Source: Eledone cirrhosa
Taxonomy: Eukaryota
Direction: 5' to 3'
Length of the DNA stretch: 64,000 nucleotides
NCBI GenBank assembly: GCA_964016885.1
Contig: OZ024762.1
Coordinates: 12,586,001 to 12,650,000 of the forward strand
Shown here: piece after piece, positions 54,016-64,000 of the stretch
How positions within the stretch are numbered: the stretch's first letter is position 1
Layout: every line of letters starts with the position of its first letter
The notes under the pieces: model-generated
What the model saw: only the letters and a program-made list of their open reading frames with translations
What the model was told of the DNA's origin: nothing
The model's database searches: none
Position numbers and translations under genes: made by a program

Positions 54016-55857
54016 TTAACCCTTTAGCGTTCAAACCGCCCGAAAGCGCCCAAAATTATTTCCCCTTCATTTGTTCAAACCGCCCGAAAGCACCCGAAAA
54101 CACCTACACTAAAATATCGTTCTAAAAATAAACAAACCATCATCAAAATCTCGTCATTTTGAAACTACTGCGAGATTAGGCCTTTACCGTGAAAATTAAC
54201 ACTTAATATAGTGAAACAAGTTAAAGCAACACGTGTTTTTTTTAACTTTGAAAGTGCAACAAATTTTTTTTGTATCAACATGGCTTCTGAAAGTAGCGAT
54301 ACCGACTTTGAAGGTTTTACACAAGACGACATTCAGAATGAACAAGAAACGAAAGATAATATTAGTGATATATCATCAGATGAATCTGATGTTTATATTT
54401 CTGAAATTTCGTCCGACGAAGATTGTTATTTTGAAAGTGAAAGCGAAGCAAATCTCCAGGGCACCATTGAAGATATTTCAGCCACATGGTCGAAAAATAC
54501 CACACCAATACATGTTCCCGATTTTGTTGAAAATACTGGTCCACAGCATATATTACCTCCCGATGCTAAAGCACTGGATTATTTCTTTTTGTTTTTGTCA
54601 CAAACTTTCTTCGAAGTTGTGGCAAAAGAGACGAATCGATATGCCCAACAGCAGATTTCATATTGAAGAAAACCTGATCAGTTATGGCGACCAACAGATG
54701 CTGCGGAGATGCAAGGGTTTTTTTACCATAAACATTATGTTTGGTATAAAACAATTTCCAAGACTGGAATTACTGGAGCACTGATATAAGGTTTAGCGAC
54801 TCTTATATATCGAGTATTATGCCAAAAACAAGGTATTTGAAATGAAACCAATATTTGCATCTGGTTGATACTTCAAATGCCCCTGGTAGAAATGAATGAT
54901 TTCAATTATGACCCTCTGCATAAAGTTCGACCAGTAATTAAAATACTCTCGGAAAAATTTAAAACAGTGTATATACCTGGGAAAAATCTTAGTGTTGATG
55001 AAGCTATGATTGGGTATAAGGGTAGGCTTCATTTTAGACAATACATGCCAGCTAAACCCACTAAATGGGGCATCAAGGTGTGGGAACTCTGTGAATCGGA
55101 CACAGGCTACTGTGTAAACTTTGATGTTTACACAGGAAAGAAACACAACGGAGAGAGAAAATATGGCTTGGGGTACGATGTTGTGTGGTCTCTGACTGAA
55201 CCCTTTCACTCTCAACACAGACACATATATTTTGATCGTTTTTTTCTTCAGTGCGTCTAGCAGAGGATCTTGCCCTCGTAAATACGTACACCTGCGGTAC
55301 AATAATGGGGAATCGCAAAGGGCTACCCCAAGAAATGAAAATCACGAAATTTAAAAAGAGAGGGGACATTCTCCAATTGCAAAAAGGGAACTTCTTAGCC
55401 ACATTGTATAAAGACAAGCAGCAAATTTTGTTCCTATCGTCTAACCAAGAACCAGGAGTTGGGGCTGAAGGTAAACCTTTAGTCAACCTCTCCTATAATA
55501 AATATATGGGTGGGGTTGAAAAATCCGACCAATATTGCGCCTACTACCCAGTTGGACGCTCTGGGAAGAAATGGTGGAGATATATCTTGTGGTTTTTAGT
55601 GAATTTAACCATTGTGAATTCTTTTATTGTATTCACTAAAAGCCACAAGAATCTGCCACCACCAAAGGACTACTGCCACATGAAATTTCTTGTAGATGTT
55701 GCCTCTCAGCTACGTGGAGGATATTCTTCTCATAAACACAAAGCTGGGAGAAAGTCGAAATTATCTGAGGTAAACACGGAAATTTGATTTTCACAAAGTG
55801 GAGAAAATTAATGGGAGGAAGAAGGTTTGAAAATTAATGCGAATGCTAAAGGGCTAT
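54016..55857 (+). mobile_element. piggyBac DNA transposon, decayed, in TONSL intron 2
   Basis: Left end TTAA|CCCTTTAGCGTT and right end AATGCTAAAGGG. Transposase remnants lie between them. Confidence 0.9.
54280..55830 (+). pseudogene. piggyBac (PGBD-like) transposase pseudogene
   Basis: Acidic N-terminus followed by ETNRYA, DPLHKVRP, LSVDEAMI, QYMPAKPTKWGIK, IYFDRFF, YNKYMGGV and KKWW, broken by stops and frameshifts. Confidence 0.9.
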
Positions 55858-56222
55858 AAAATATATTTAATCTATATTTAGGCTATATTTAATCTATATT
55901 TAAAATATATTTAATCTATATTTAATATATCTAATCTATATTTAAGCTATAAAATATATTTAATCAACAGCCACGAAATTTAGTAGATAAATTATGTAAT
56001 ATTCATTCACTATTTATTCAAAGTAATCGAACTTATTTTACAAACGGGGTTAAAAAATATATTCTGGATGCAGTCCCGCTCTCCTTACTTTATTATAGTT
56101 TAGATTGTTTCAGTTTCCACATTCGAGTTATTTCTATCTCTAGATCTTTATATTTGGAGAGTTTCTCTATTTCCTTGGAAGATATATTGTCGTTATTTTT
56201 ATTTTGTTTTTTATATATATAG

Positions 56223-56603
56223 GTTTTTTGAAAAAAGCTATAGAGGCGTATAGCGAAGACTTGACCATCTGTGAGACTTACAATGACATTTTGGGTGTAG
56301 CTGTTGCATGTCGCATGCTTAGCGAATGTTACTGCGATCTTTTAGATTTCAGCAAAGCTATACATCTACAGAAACGTTACCTATTGCTGGCACGTAGCAT
56401 AAACAACACTGTGGAAGAACAGCGTGCCTGGGCCACAATAGGACGGACTTACTTATTCCAGGCAGAGACTGATGAGGGAAGGAGTGCGTACACGAAGGCT
56501 GAAGAGGCATTTATACAAGCTCTCGAACTCTGTGAAAGCATGAAAAGTAATCTAAGTCAGAAGGAATACATGTTGATGAAGGCAAGGCTGCTCCTTAATA
56601 TGG
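56223..56603 (+). CDS. TONSL: Tonsoku-like protein, exon 3 (TPR repeats)
   Basis: Contains LGVAVACRMLSE, EEQRAWATIGRTYL and MKARLLLNMG, matching the TONSL motifs QRAWATIGRT and RLYLNLG. AG/GT boundaries, phase 1-1. Confidence 0.92.
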
Positions 56604-56634
56604 GTAAGGCCTGTCTTTTATATATGTGTGTTTC

Positions 56635-57223
56635 TGTTGTTGTTGTTGTAGTTGTAGTGGTGGTTGTTGTGGTGGTGGTTGCTGTGGTGGTTGGGATGGT
56701 GGTTGTTGTGGTGGTGGTTGTGGTGGTTGTTGTGGTGGTGGTTGTGGTGGTGGTGATGGTTGTGGTTGTGGTGGTGGTTGTTGTGGTGGTGGTTGTGGTT
56801 GTTGTGGTGGCTGTGGTGGTGGTTGTGGTGGTGGTTGTGGTGGCTGTGGTGGTGGTTGTGGTGGTGGTGGTGGTTGTGGTGGTGGTGGTGGTGGTTGTTG
56901 TGGTGGTGGTGGTGGTGGTTGTGGTGGCTGTGGTGGTGGTGGTGGTTGTGGTTGTGGTGGTGGTGGTTGTTGTGGTGGTGGGGGTTGTTGTGGTGGTGGT
57001 TGCGGTGGTGGTGGTTGTTGTGGTGGTGCTTGTTGTGGTGGTGGTGGTTGTGGCGGTGGTGGTGGTTATGGCGGTGGTTGTTGTGGTGGTTGTTGTGGTG
57101 GTGGTAGTTGTTGTTGTGGTAGTTGTTGTTGTTGTGGTAGTTGTTGTGGTGGTTGTTGTAGTTATAGTTGTTGTTGTGGTGATTGTTGTTGTAGTTGTTG
57201 TTGCTGTTGTTGTTGTTGTTGCT
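56635..57223 (+). repeat. (GGT/GTT)n trinucleotide tract filling TONSL intron 3
   Basis: Direct reading. It begins 30 nt after the exon 3 donor. Confidence 0.95.
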
Positions 57224-57255
57224 GTATATTACAGTTGATATCCGTTGTCCAACAG

Positions 57256-57328
57256 GTGTCGTACAAAGTGGTCGGAAAAATTTCCAGGAATTCAAGGATT
57301 ACATGCAACGATGCATTACAATAGCTCG
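57256..57328 (+). CDS. TONSL: Tonsoku-like protein, exon 4
   Basis: AACAG acceptor and GTAAGT donor. Encodes GVVQSGRKNFQEFKDYMQRCITIAR, phase 1-2. Confidence 0.85.
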
Positions 57329-57414
57329 GTAAGTTAGTTTTGTCTCTCCTTCCTCTGCATACCTCCTCCTTCTCCTTTCCCCATCCACATCTCCTTCCCC
57401 TTCTTCTCTATGAA

Positions 57415-57780
57415 TCGTCATCACCATCATCACCGTTTTACGTCCATTCTTCTATGCTGATATGGGTTACACAGGTTGTCCTGTTGTGGACAATGCCAGG
57501 TCAGCTGACCATGCCTTGCTCATACAGGAACTGATTCTGGCTTGATTTCTACAGCTGGATGCCCTTCCTAACACCAACCTCATTTACAGTGAGTGCTGGG
57601 TGCTTTTTTTCCGTGGCGCCTACACATCCACTTTACAGTGTGGCCTGGGTGCTTTTTTTGTCGTGGCACCTCCACGACCACTTTGCAGTGGGAGGGGATA
57701 GGGTCATATTGTCTATATGCTTCAGCTTCGGCTTGTTCCTGTGGGTGGTCGGGTCTTCTGTATTACTGTGTAACGCCAGC
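57415..57780 (-). mobile_element. RTE 3' UTR fragment (more diverged copies at 36850-37040 and 58856-59315)
   Basis: Shares CCGTTTTACGTCC and GCTGGATGCCCTTCCTAACACCAACC with the RTE 3' UTR. Confidence 0.75.
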
Positions 57781-58158
57781 ACATTCTATCTGACGTCTTA
57801 AAGATTCTGCCAATTTGCTGCCTCAATGACAATATACACGATAAAAATTTGAAATAAATACATTGTGTTAATTTGCACCCCCTGTCACTGAGTTTGTAGT
57901 TTTTATTTTTAGTTTTTAATTAATTATAAACTAATGAATGGCGTAAAAGTAATTAATATCTATTAATGAGAAGATAATTGTCTTTTTTTCCCATCCCTCT
58001 GTCAGGAAATTCTGTTTATGGGCCTCGTGATAACAATTGGTAGAAATAATTAGTGAGACATTATTGCAAAATACATAACATGTCTGTATCATCATCATCA
58101 TCATCATCATCGCCGTTTTACGCCCGTTCTTCCACGCTAGCATGGGTTGACATTGATA

Positions 58159-58385
58159 TTAAAGTTTGTAGCATTCAAACTGGCCATATACAGCCAGAAT
58201 TCTCTCACTTCTTTCTGTTCAAACCGGTTGTAACCAGCTGCTCATGCTGATAAGGTATTGTTCTGAAAATAAATAATATCAAAATCTCGTAGATTCGGGA
58301 TTATGTGAGATAATTATGTGAAGTAAAGTCTTTACCACAAGAATACAATAGTAAATATAGAGTAATGTAAATGCTAAAGGGTTAA
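58159..58385 (+). mobile_element. piggyBac MITE
   Basis: Same family, with an intact right TIR + TTAA. Confidence 0.75.
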
Positions 58386-59620
58386 AGTCTTTACTTTCAC
58401 ACTGCAAATCAAATTTTCACAACAATCTGTCCACTAACAAAGTTACTAAAAATATTTGAATGAACAAACCCCACATGAAACCACATTAGCAAGACATTAT
58501 TGAAAAGTACAAAACAACACTAAGACTATCACATCATTGATATTAAAGTCTTTACTGTAATACTGTAAATTTTCACAACAATCTGTCCACCAGTAAAGAT
58601 ACTATAAACATTTAGTACAAAACAACACTATGGCTAAGAGTCTTTACTGTAATATTGTAAATTTTCACAACAATCTGTCCACCAGTAAAGATATTATAAA
58701 CATTTTAATTAAACCACATGTTACCACATTAGCAAGACTTTCCTTTAAAGTTCAAAAGTTTAATGACTGCATCATATTAAAAATTAAAGTCTTTATTTTA
58801 GTTTAGTGCAAATTTTCTCAATGATCTGTCTAGTAGTAAAGATACTATAAACATAATCATCATCATTGGTTAACGTCCATTTTCCACGCTAGCATGGGTT
58901 AAACGTGTTGTCCCATTTGAGGCAAGTCAGATCAGATGACCCTGTCTAGCTCATATAGAACTGTTTCTGGCTAGGTTTCTACAGCTGGATGTCCTTCCTA
59001 ACGCCAACCACATTTACAGCATTTACAGTGTAGACTGGGTGCTTTTTGTTGCGACACCTACATGACCACTTTACAGTGTGGGCTGGGTGCTTTTTGTTGT
59101 GACACCTACATGACTACTTTACAGTGTGGACTGGGTGCTTTTTGTTGTGACACCTACACGACCACTTTACAGTGTGGACTGGGTGCTTTTTGTTTACAGT
59201 GTAAGGGTGGTGTGGACAGAAGTGGTGGTGGTGGTGGTGAGGGTTGCCTGCTAGATGTATGTTTGAGTCCGTGTGCATGGGAAGGCGTGTCTTCTGTATT
59301 ACTGCATAACATCAAAGGTCTCAAAATTAAAAAAAGCCAATTTATATATATATATATATATATAGCGAACGCGCGTGGTTGAGTGGTTAGGGAATTGGAT
59401 TTGCAATAATGAGGTTGTGAGTTTGATTCCCGTACCAGGCAATACATTATGTCTTTGAGCTAGACACTTTATTTCACATTGCTCCTTCTGCCTGGATTTG
59501 TGACCAGTAGATAGTATTAGCAATTGGACAATGGAAACATGGTTTCCTTGGTCAGATTTGACGAGGTCTGGGATGCTATTGATTGACTGTGGCTATATTG
59601 CTTTTCTCTGTTTTCTATAG

Positions 59621-59792
59621 AGCAAATGGTCTAGAAGAAGAGCTGTTTCGGTGCCAGTTTCTGTTGGCTGACCACTACAGTTTTGTTGGAAATTCTTCTA
59701 CTGGGCTCCAACTGATAGAATCTGCAATAAAATCTGCTTTAAAGATGAATAATAGACATCTGTTGACAGACAGTTACTTTTTGAAATACCAG
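59621..59792 (+). CDS. TONSL: Tonsoku-like protein, exon 5
   Basis: TTCTATAG acceptor and GTTAGT donor. ANGLEEELFRCQFLLA resembles TONSL NHLYEDLFRARYNLG. Phase 2-0. Confidence 0.88.
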
Positions 59793-59860
59793 GTTAGTCA
59801 TTTATATGTGTATTGTTGTCTTGTCTTCTCTTTGTTAATTTTCTCAAGTTTATATATACA

Positions 59861-59930
<70 letters not shown>

Positions 59931-59934
<4 letters not shown>

Positions 59935-60509
59935 AATGTTATGTGAGGTAAAGCCTTTACCGTGAAAATACAATAGTATATATAGAGTAATGTAAATGTT
60001 GTGTGAGATATTATGTGAGGTAAAGCCTTTACCAAGAAAATACAATAGTATATATAGAATAATGTAAATGTTATGTGAGATATTATGTGAGGTAAAGCCT
60101 TTACCAAGAAAATACAATAGTATATATAGAGTAATGTAAATGTTATGTGAGATATTATGTGAGGTAAAGCCTTTACCAAGAAAATACAATAGTATATATA
60201 GAGTAATGTAAATGTTATGTGAGATATTATGTGAGGTAAAGCCTTTACCAAGAAAATACAATAGTATATATAGAGTAATGTAAATGTTATGTGAGATATT
60301 ATGTGAGGTAAAGCCTTTACTGTGAAAATACAATAGTATATATAGAGTAATGTAAATGTTATGTGAGATATTATGTGAGGTAAAGACTTTACTGTGAAAA
60401 TACAATAGTATATATAGAGTAATGTAAATGTTATGTGAGATATTATGTGAGGTAAAGCCTTTACTGTGAAAATACAACAGTATATATAGAGTAAATACTA
60501 AAGGGCTAA
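59931..60509 (+). repeat. 72-bp minisatellite (~8 units) ending in the MITE right TIR, TONSL intron 5
   Basis: 72-bp period, ending ACTAAAGGG-CTAA. Confidence 0.88.
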
Positions 60510-60528
60510 TCTGACTTTGTTATTTCAG

Positions 60529-60634
60529 ATATGTTTTGAAAATGGACAGTTTGGTATGGCACGACATTCCTTGAAGAAGTTGATTAGTGTTGGTTTCAAT
60601 GATGACAGAAAACTGAAGAAATTTTATAGAATTG
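60529..60634 (+). CDS. TONSL: Tonsoku-like protein, exon 6
   Basis: TTTCAG acceptor and GTGAGT donor. ICFENGQFGMARHSLKKL resembles TONSL LGDFLAAKRALKK. Phase 0-1. Confidence 0.85.
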
Positions 60635-61092
60635 GTGAGTGTTATTTTCTAATAACTCATCAATACTCTTTAGATTTATTTCATGTATCAACTATATATA
60701 GTATATATATGCACACACACACATATATATCTATATACATACACACACATATATATATACGCGTGCACACACACACATACACACATATATATATATATAT
60801 ATACATACACACACACACATATACATACATACACACACACATATATATATATACATACACACACATATACACACACACACACAACATATATATATACATA
60901 CACACACATATATACGCGTGCACACACACACACATATATATACATACACACACACATATATACATACACACACACATATATATACATACACACACACACA
61001 CACACAACATATATATACATACACACACATATATCATCATCCTCATCATTGTTTAACGTCTATCTTCCACGTTAGCATGGGTTGGATGGGAA

Positions 61093-61925
61093 TTGTCCCA
61101 TTTATCTAACTTATTATGGGACTTAAAATCCAAGAATATTAACTATTCTTTATTTTGGAAAATTATCTCCAAAGCTCCTTCATACACTGCTTTATCCAAA
61201 AATTGCTCACTTTGCGTTGAAGAAATATTCTTTATACTAAAAAGTAAGAACTCTATTAATTTGCGAAATAATTTATTTAGTTCCTGTAAACATCGTTTAA
61301 ACTCAACTTTTAAATATATATATAAAATGTAATATATGATTTATCTCCTTTACATAATGTTTTCTATATCTATATATGATTCATATATATTTAATTTACT
61401 TTCTATTATCTCTACCACATATATATACTATATACTTTATATTATTACACCTATCGATAGATTATAAATTTTTTTTATATGACTGCTTGAAACTCCTTTA
61501 AGAAAATTTTTTCTTGAAAAACTTACGGAAGGTTTTAGGAAAAAAATTTTTTTGAAAGATATAGAAAAAGCATTATTTTCATATCTTTCAATATTTTTAT
61601 ATCTTCAAACGTTTTTAATATATATATCCAAATGTTTATATATATGTGGAAAAACATGATTTTTATATATAGGCTTTTTATATATATGTGGAATAACCTA
61701 TGGTTTATGCTTTAACTATATTCTTAAGATAAATTAAAAAAATTTGTTTAACTTTATAGCAAGTAAATTTATGACTTCGTATAAAATAACATATGGTTCA
61801 TGTTTTAATTATATTCTTAAGATAAAATTTTTAACTTTATAACATTTAATCCTTGGAGTCATCTGAGATCTTAAAAAATCACTTCTATCTTCCTTTACAC
61901 TTCCTTACTGTTTTTATAATATATT
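61093..61925 (+). mobile_element. Penelope-like element 3' fragment
   Basis: LWDLKSKNINYSLFWKII...CSLCVEEIFFIL...NLRNNLFSSCKHR is typical of the PLE C-terminus after GIY-YIG. An AT-rich tail ends at (TA)n. Confidence 0.6.
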
Positions 61926-61929
61926 AAGT

Positions 61930-61980
<51 letters not shown>

Positions 61981-62251
61981 TCATCATCATCGTTTAACGT
62001 CCATTTTCCACGCTTGCATGGGTTTGGACGGGAGTTTTCCCACTTGAGGCAAGATTGGTTGTCCTGCTCGTATAGGACTGTCTGGCGGGTTTTCTACGGC
62101 TGGATGCCCTTCCTAACACCAACCACATTTACATTGTGGACTGGGAGGTTTTTACCGTGTTACCTACACGGCCACATTACAGCGTGGACTGTGTATTTTT
62201 TTGTCATGACACCTACACGTGTATATATATATATACACACACACATATATC

Positions 62252-62455
62252 AATCATCATCATCATCATTCTATGCCCGCTTTTCCCTGCTTGCAAGGGT
62301 GGGATGGGTCCTATTCAGCACAGCATCTCTCCACTTGTCACAGTCCTTCGTCATCTCCTCTGTGAACTTCAGGAATCTGAGATCAGCTCTCACCACCTCC
62401 GCCCATGATTTTTGTGGTCTTCCTCTACTGCGTCTTCCTTCTACTAGGAGAAACA
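62252..62455 (-). mobile_element. RTE LINE 3' fragment, third subfamily
   Basis: VEGRRSRGRPQKSWAEVVRADL followed by a (GAT)n tail. Confidence 0.7.
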
Positions 62456-62674
62456 CTTCTTTGTCAACAGAGGAAACAGGTCCCTAAACTTCTTTCAACC
62501 TGTCCTTATTCTAGATACTATGACCTCGGAACCCCCCCCCCCCCCCCCCCCCCCCTCCTCCCCATGCTAATCTAATCACATAGGTACCGGAAGCTATCAA
62601 CCCCTTCTGCATTTAAAAAAAAAATGTGCCTATCACTGCAAATACTACTGTCAAATTTCGCTGTACACACACAC

Positions 62675-63165
62675 ACATTGTTGCCTGACCGATATAGTAA
62701 CATAGATATATAAGATATCTAATGAACACAAAGAAAAATCTAGTTTATTTTTTTCAATGTTAAGTTGTTTGATGTGTAAACGATATCTTGAATGAGCTGA
62801 GACGAGGAAACACTGTTGCAGAGAGAACTCGTCCATGAATCTCGGGAATTTTACCTGCCCTAGAAATAGAAAAAAAATGGTCATATAACATTCAATATTT
62901 GATACAACTGAGCCAAGCTTTAAAGATTTGTTGTTTTATTAATAACAAAAATAAAGGCTTGTTTCAGCTGTATTATAGGATAGCAAATATTGAATGTTAT
63001 ATGACCATATATGGTCATATATGTTTCCTTGATTCCGATATTCAACATATAAAGGTTGTTGAAACATCAAACAACTCAAAAGTGAAAAAGTAAACTAGAT
63101 TTTTTTTCTTTTGTGTTCATTAGATATCTTATCTATGTCACTACAGTTGACAGGCAATAAATGTA
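62675..63165. mobile_element. MITE-like element with ~100-bp imperfect terminal inverted repeats
   Basis: AAGATATCTAATGAACACAAAG..TTGTTTGATGT is mirrored at 63063-63165. Confidence 0.55.
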
Positions 63166-63324
63166 TGTGTGTATATATATGTGTGTGTATATTTATGTAT
63201 GTGTGTGTATGTATCTATATGTATGTGTGTGTGTATGTATATATGTATACACATACATTCACACATATACACACACACATATATATACACACGCATTTAT
63301 ATACACACACGCACATATATATAT

Positions 63325-63357
<33 letters not shown>

Positions 63358-63424
63358 GACATATACACACACACACACATATATATATATACACACATAT
63401 ATATATATATATGTGTGTATATGA

Positions 63425-63767
63425 AGGCACATGCCTTAGTGGTTAGAGCATTGGCCTTGCAATCGAAAGGTTGTGAGTTCAATTCTCAGACCGGGTGATG
63501 TGTTGTTTCCTTGAGCAAGACACTTTATTTCACATTGCTCCAGTTTACTCAGCTGTAGAAATGAGATGATAGGGACTGGGGTCCATATCATTCCACTGCA
63601 AAGTGGTCGTGGAGGTGCCACGGCAAAAAAGCACCCAGCACTCACTGTAAATGAGGTTGGTGTTAGGAAGGGCATCCAGCTATAGAAATCAAGCCAGAAT
63701 CAGTTCCCGTCCCACCCTTGCAAGCAGGGAAAAAGTGGACGTAAAATGATGATGATGATGATGATGA
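63425..63767 (+). mobile_element. tRNA-derived SINE family B with a CORE-like centre and RTE-derived 3' tail
   Basis: A-box TAGTGGTTAGAGC, B-box GAGTTCAATTC, CCTTGAGCAAGACACTT centre, then RTE 3' UTR sequence and (GAT)n. Partial copies: 13915-14180(-), 37715-37818(-), 48642-48862(-), 59365-59490(+). Confidence 0.75.
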
Positions 63768-63883
63768 TATATAAATACACACACACACATACATTCATCA
63801 TTGTCTCCATTCTAAATAAAAAATAACTTTCTTTTATTTGTTTCAAATTGTCATTTCCTTTCTTTTTCTTTCTTCTCCCACAG

Positions 63884-64000
63884 CTCAGAAGTGTGAAATA
63901 GTTTGGTCAAAAGTGAAGTCATTAGAAAAGATGCCAGACAAAGATGGTATCACCTTCCTAATGAAACAGTACGAGTTGCTGGCTGATTACTCTGTAGACT
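63884..64000 (+). CDS. TONSL: Tonsoku-like protein, exon 7 (runs off the window)
   Basis: Long pyrimidine tract + CACAG. Phase-1 open frame AQKCEIVWSKVKSLEKMPDKDGITFLMKQYELLADYSVD. Confidence 0.8.

Noticed and set aside
56604-57324. Poly-Val extension of the TONSL ORF and the poly-His/Gly-Cys/Trp ORFs
   Set aside because: This is an intronic (GGT/GTT)n tract. The exon ends at the GT donor at 56604.
63425-63500. tRNA gene
   Set aside because: The A/B boxes belong to a SINE head that continues into CORE-like and RTE-tail sequence. There is no full cloverleaf.

Overview
This is AT-rich, microsatellite-dense animal DNA. The repeat families (RTE LINE, tRNA-SINEs, huge (TA)n tracts) suggest an octopus or other coleoid cephalopod, which is an inference. 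Two divergent protein-coding genes were reconstructed by hand. One is a complete 4-exon TNF-superfamily-like type II membrane ligand on the minus strand (17703 to 1317, 246 aa). The other is the first 7 coding exons of TONSL (Tonsoku-like) on the plus strand (40402 to beyond 64000), with an E2F-type site just upstream. The rest is mostly mobile DNA: an intact RTE LINE (APE-RT with a PHD-type finger), a decayed Penelope-like element (PLE) with a hammerhead motif, a decayed piggyBac with its MITE family, Tx1, CR1, CRE and R4-like fragments, Helitron-like elements and two SINE families. Five observations stand out. (i) A 6.5-kb nested tandem array appears to be the 5' part of the intact RTE. (ii) About 15 short fold-back inversions are anchored on (TA)n tracts. 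(iii) Several unrelated small repeat families carry type-I hammerhead ribozyme motifs. (iv) A 72-bp minisatellite arises from a piggyBac MITE end. (v) A 121-bp locally templated insertion sits in TONSL intron 1. Coordinates were read by eye, so repeat boundaries are approximate.
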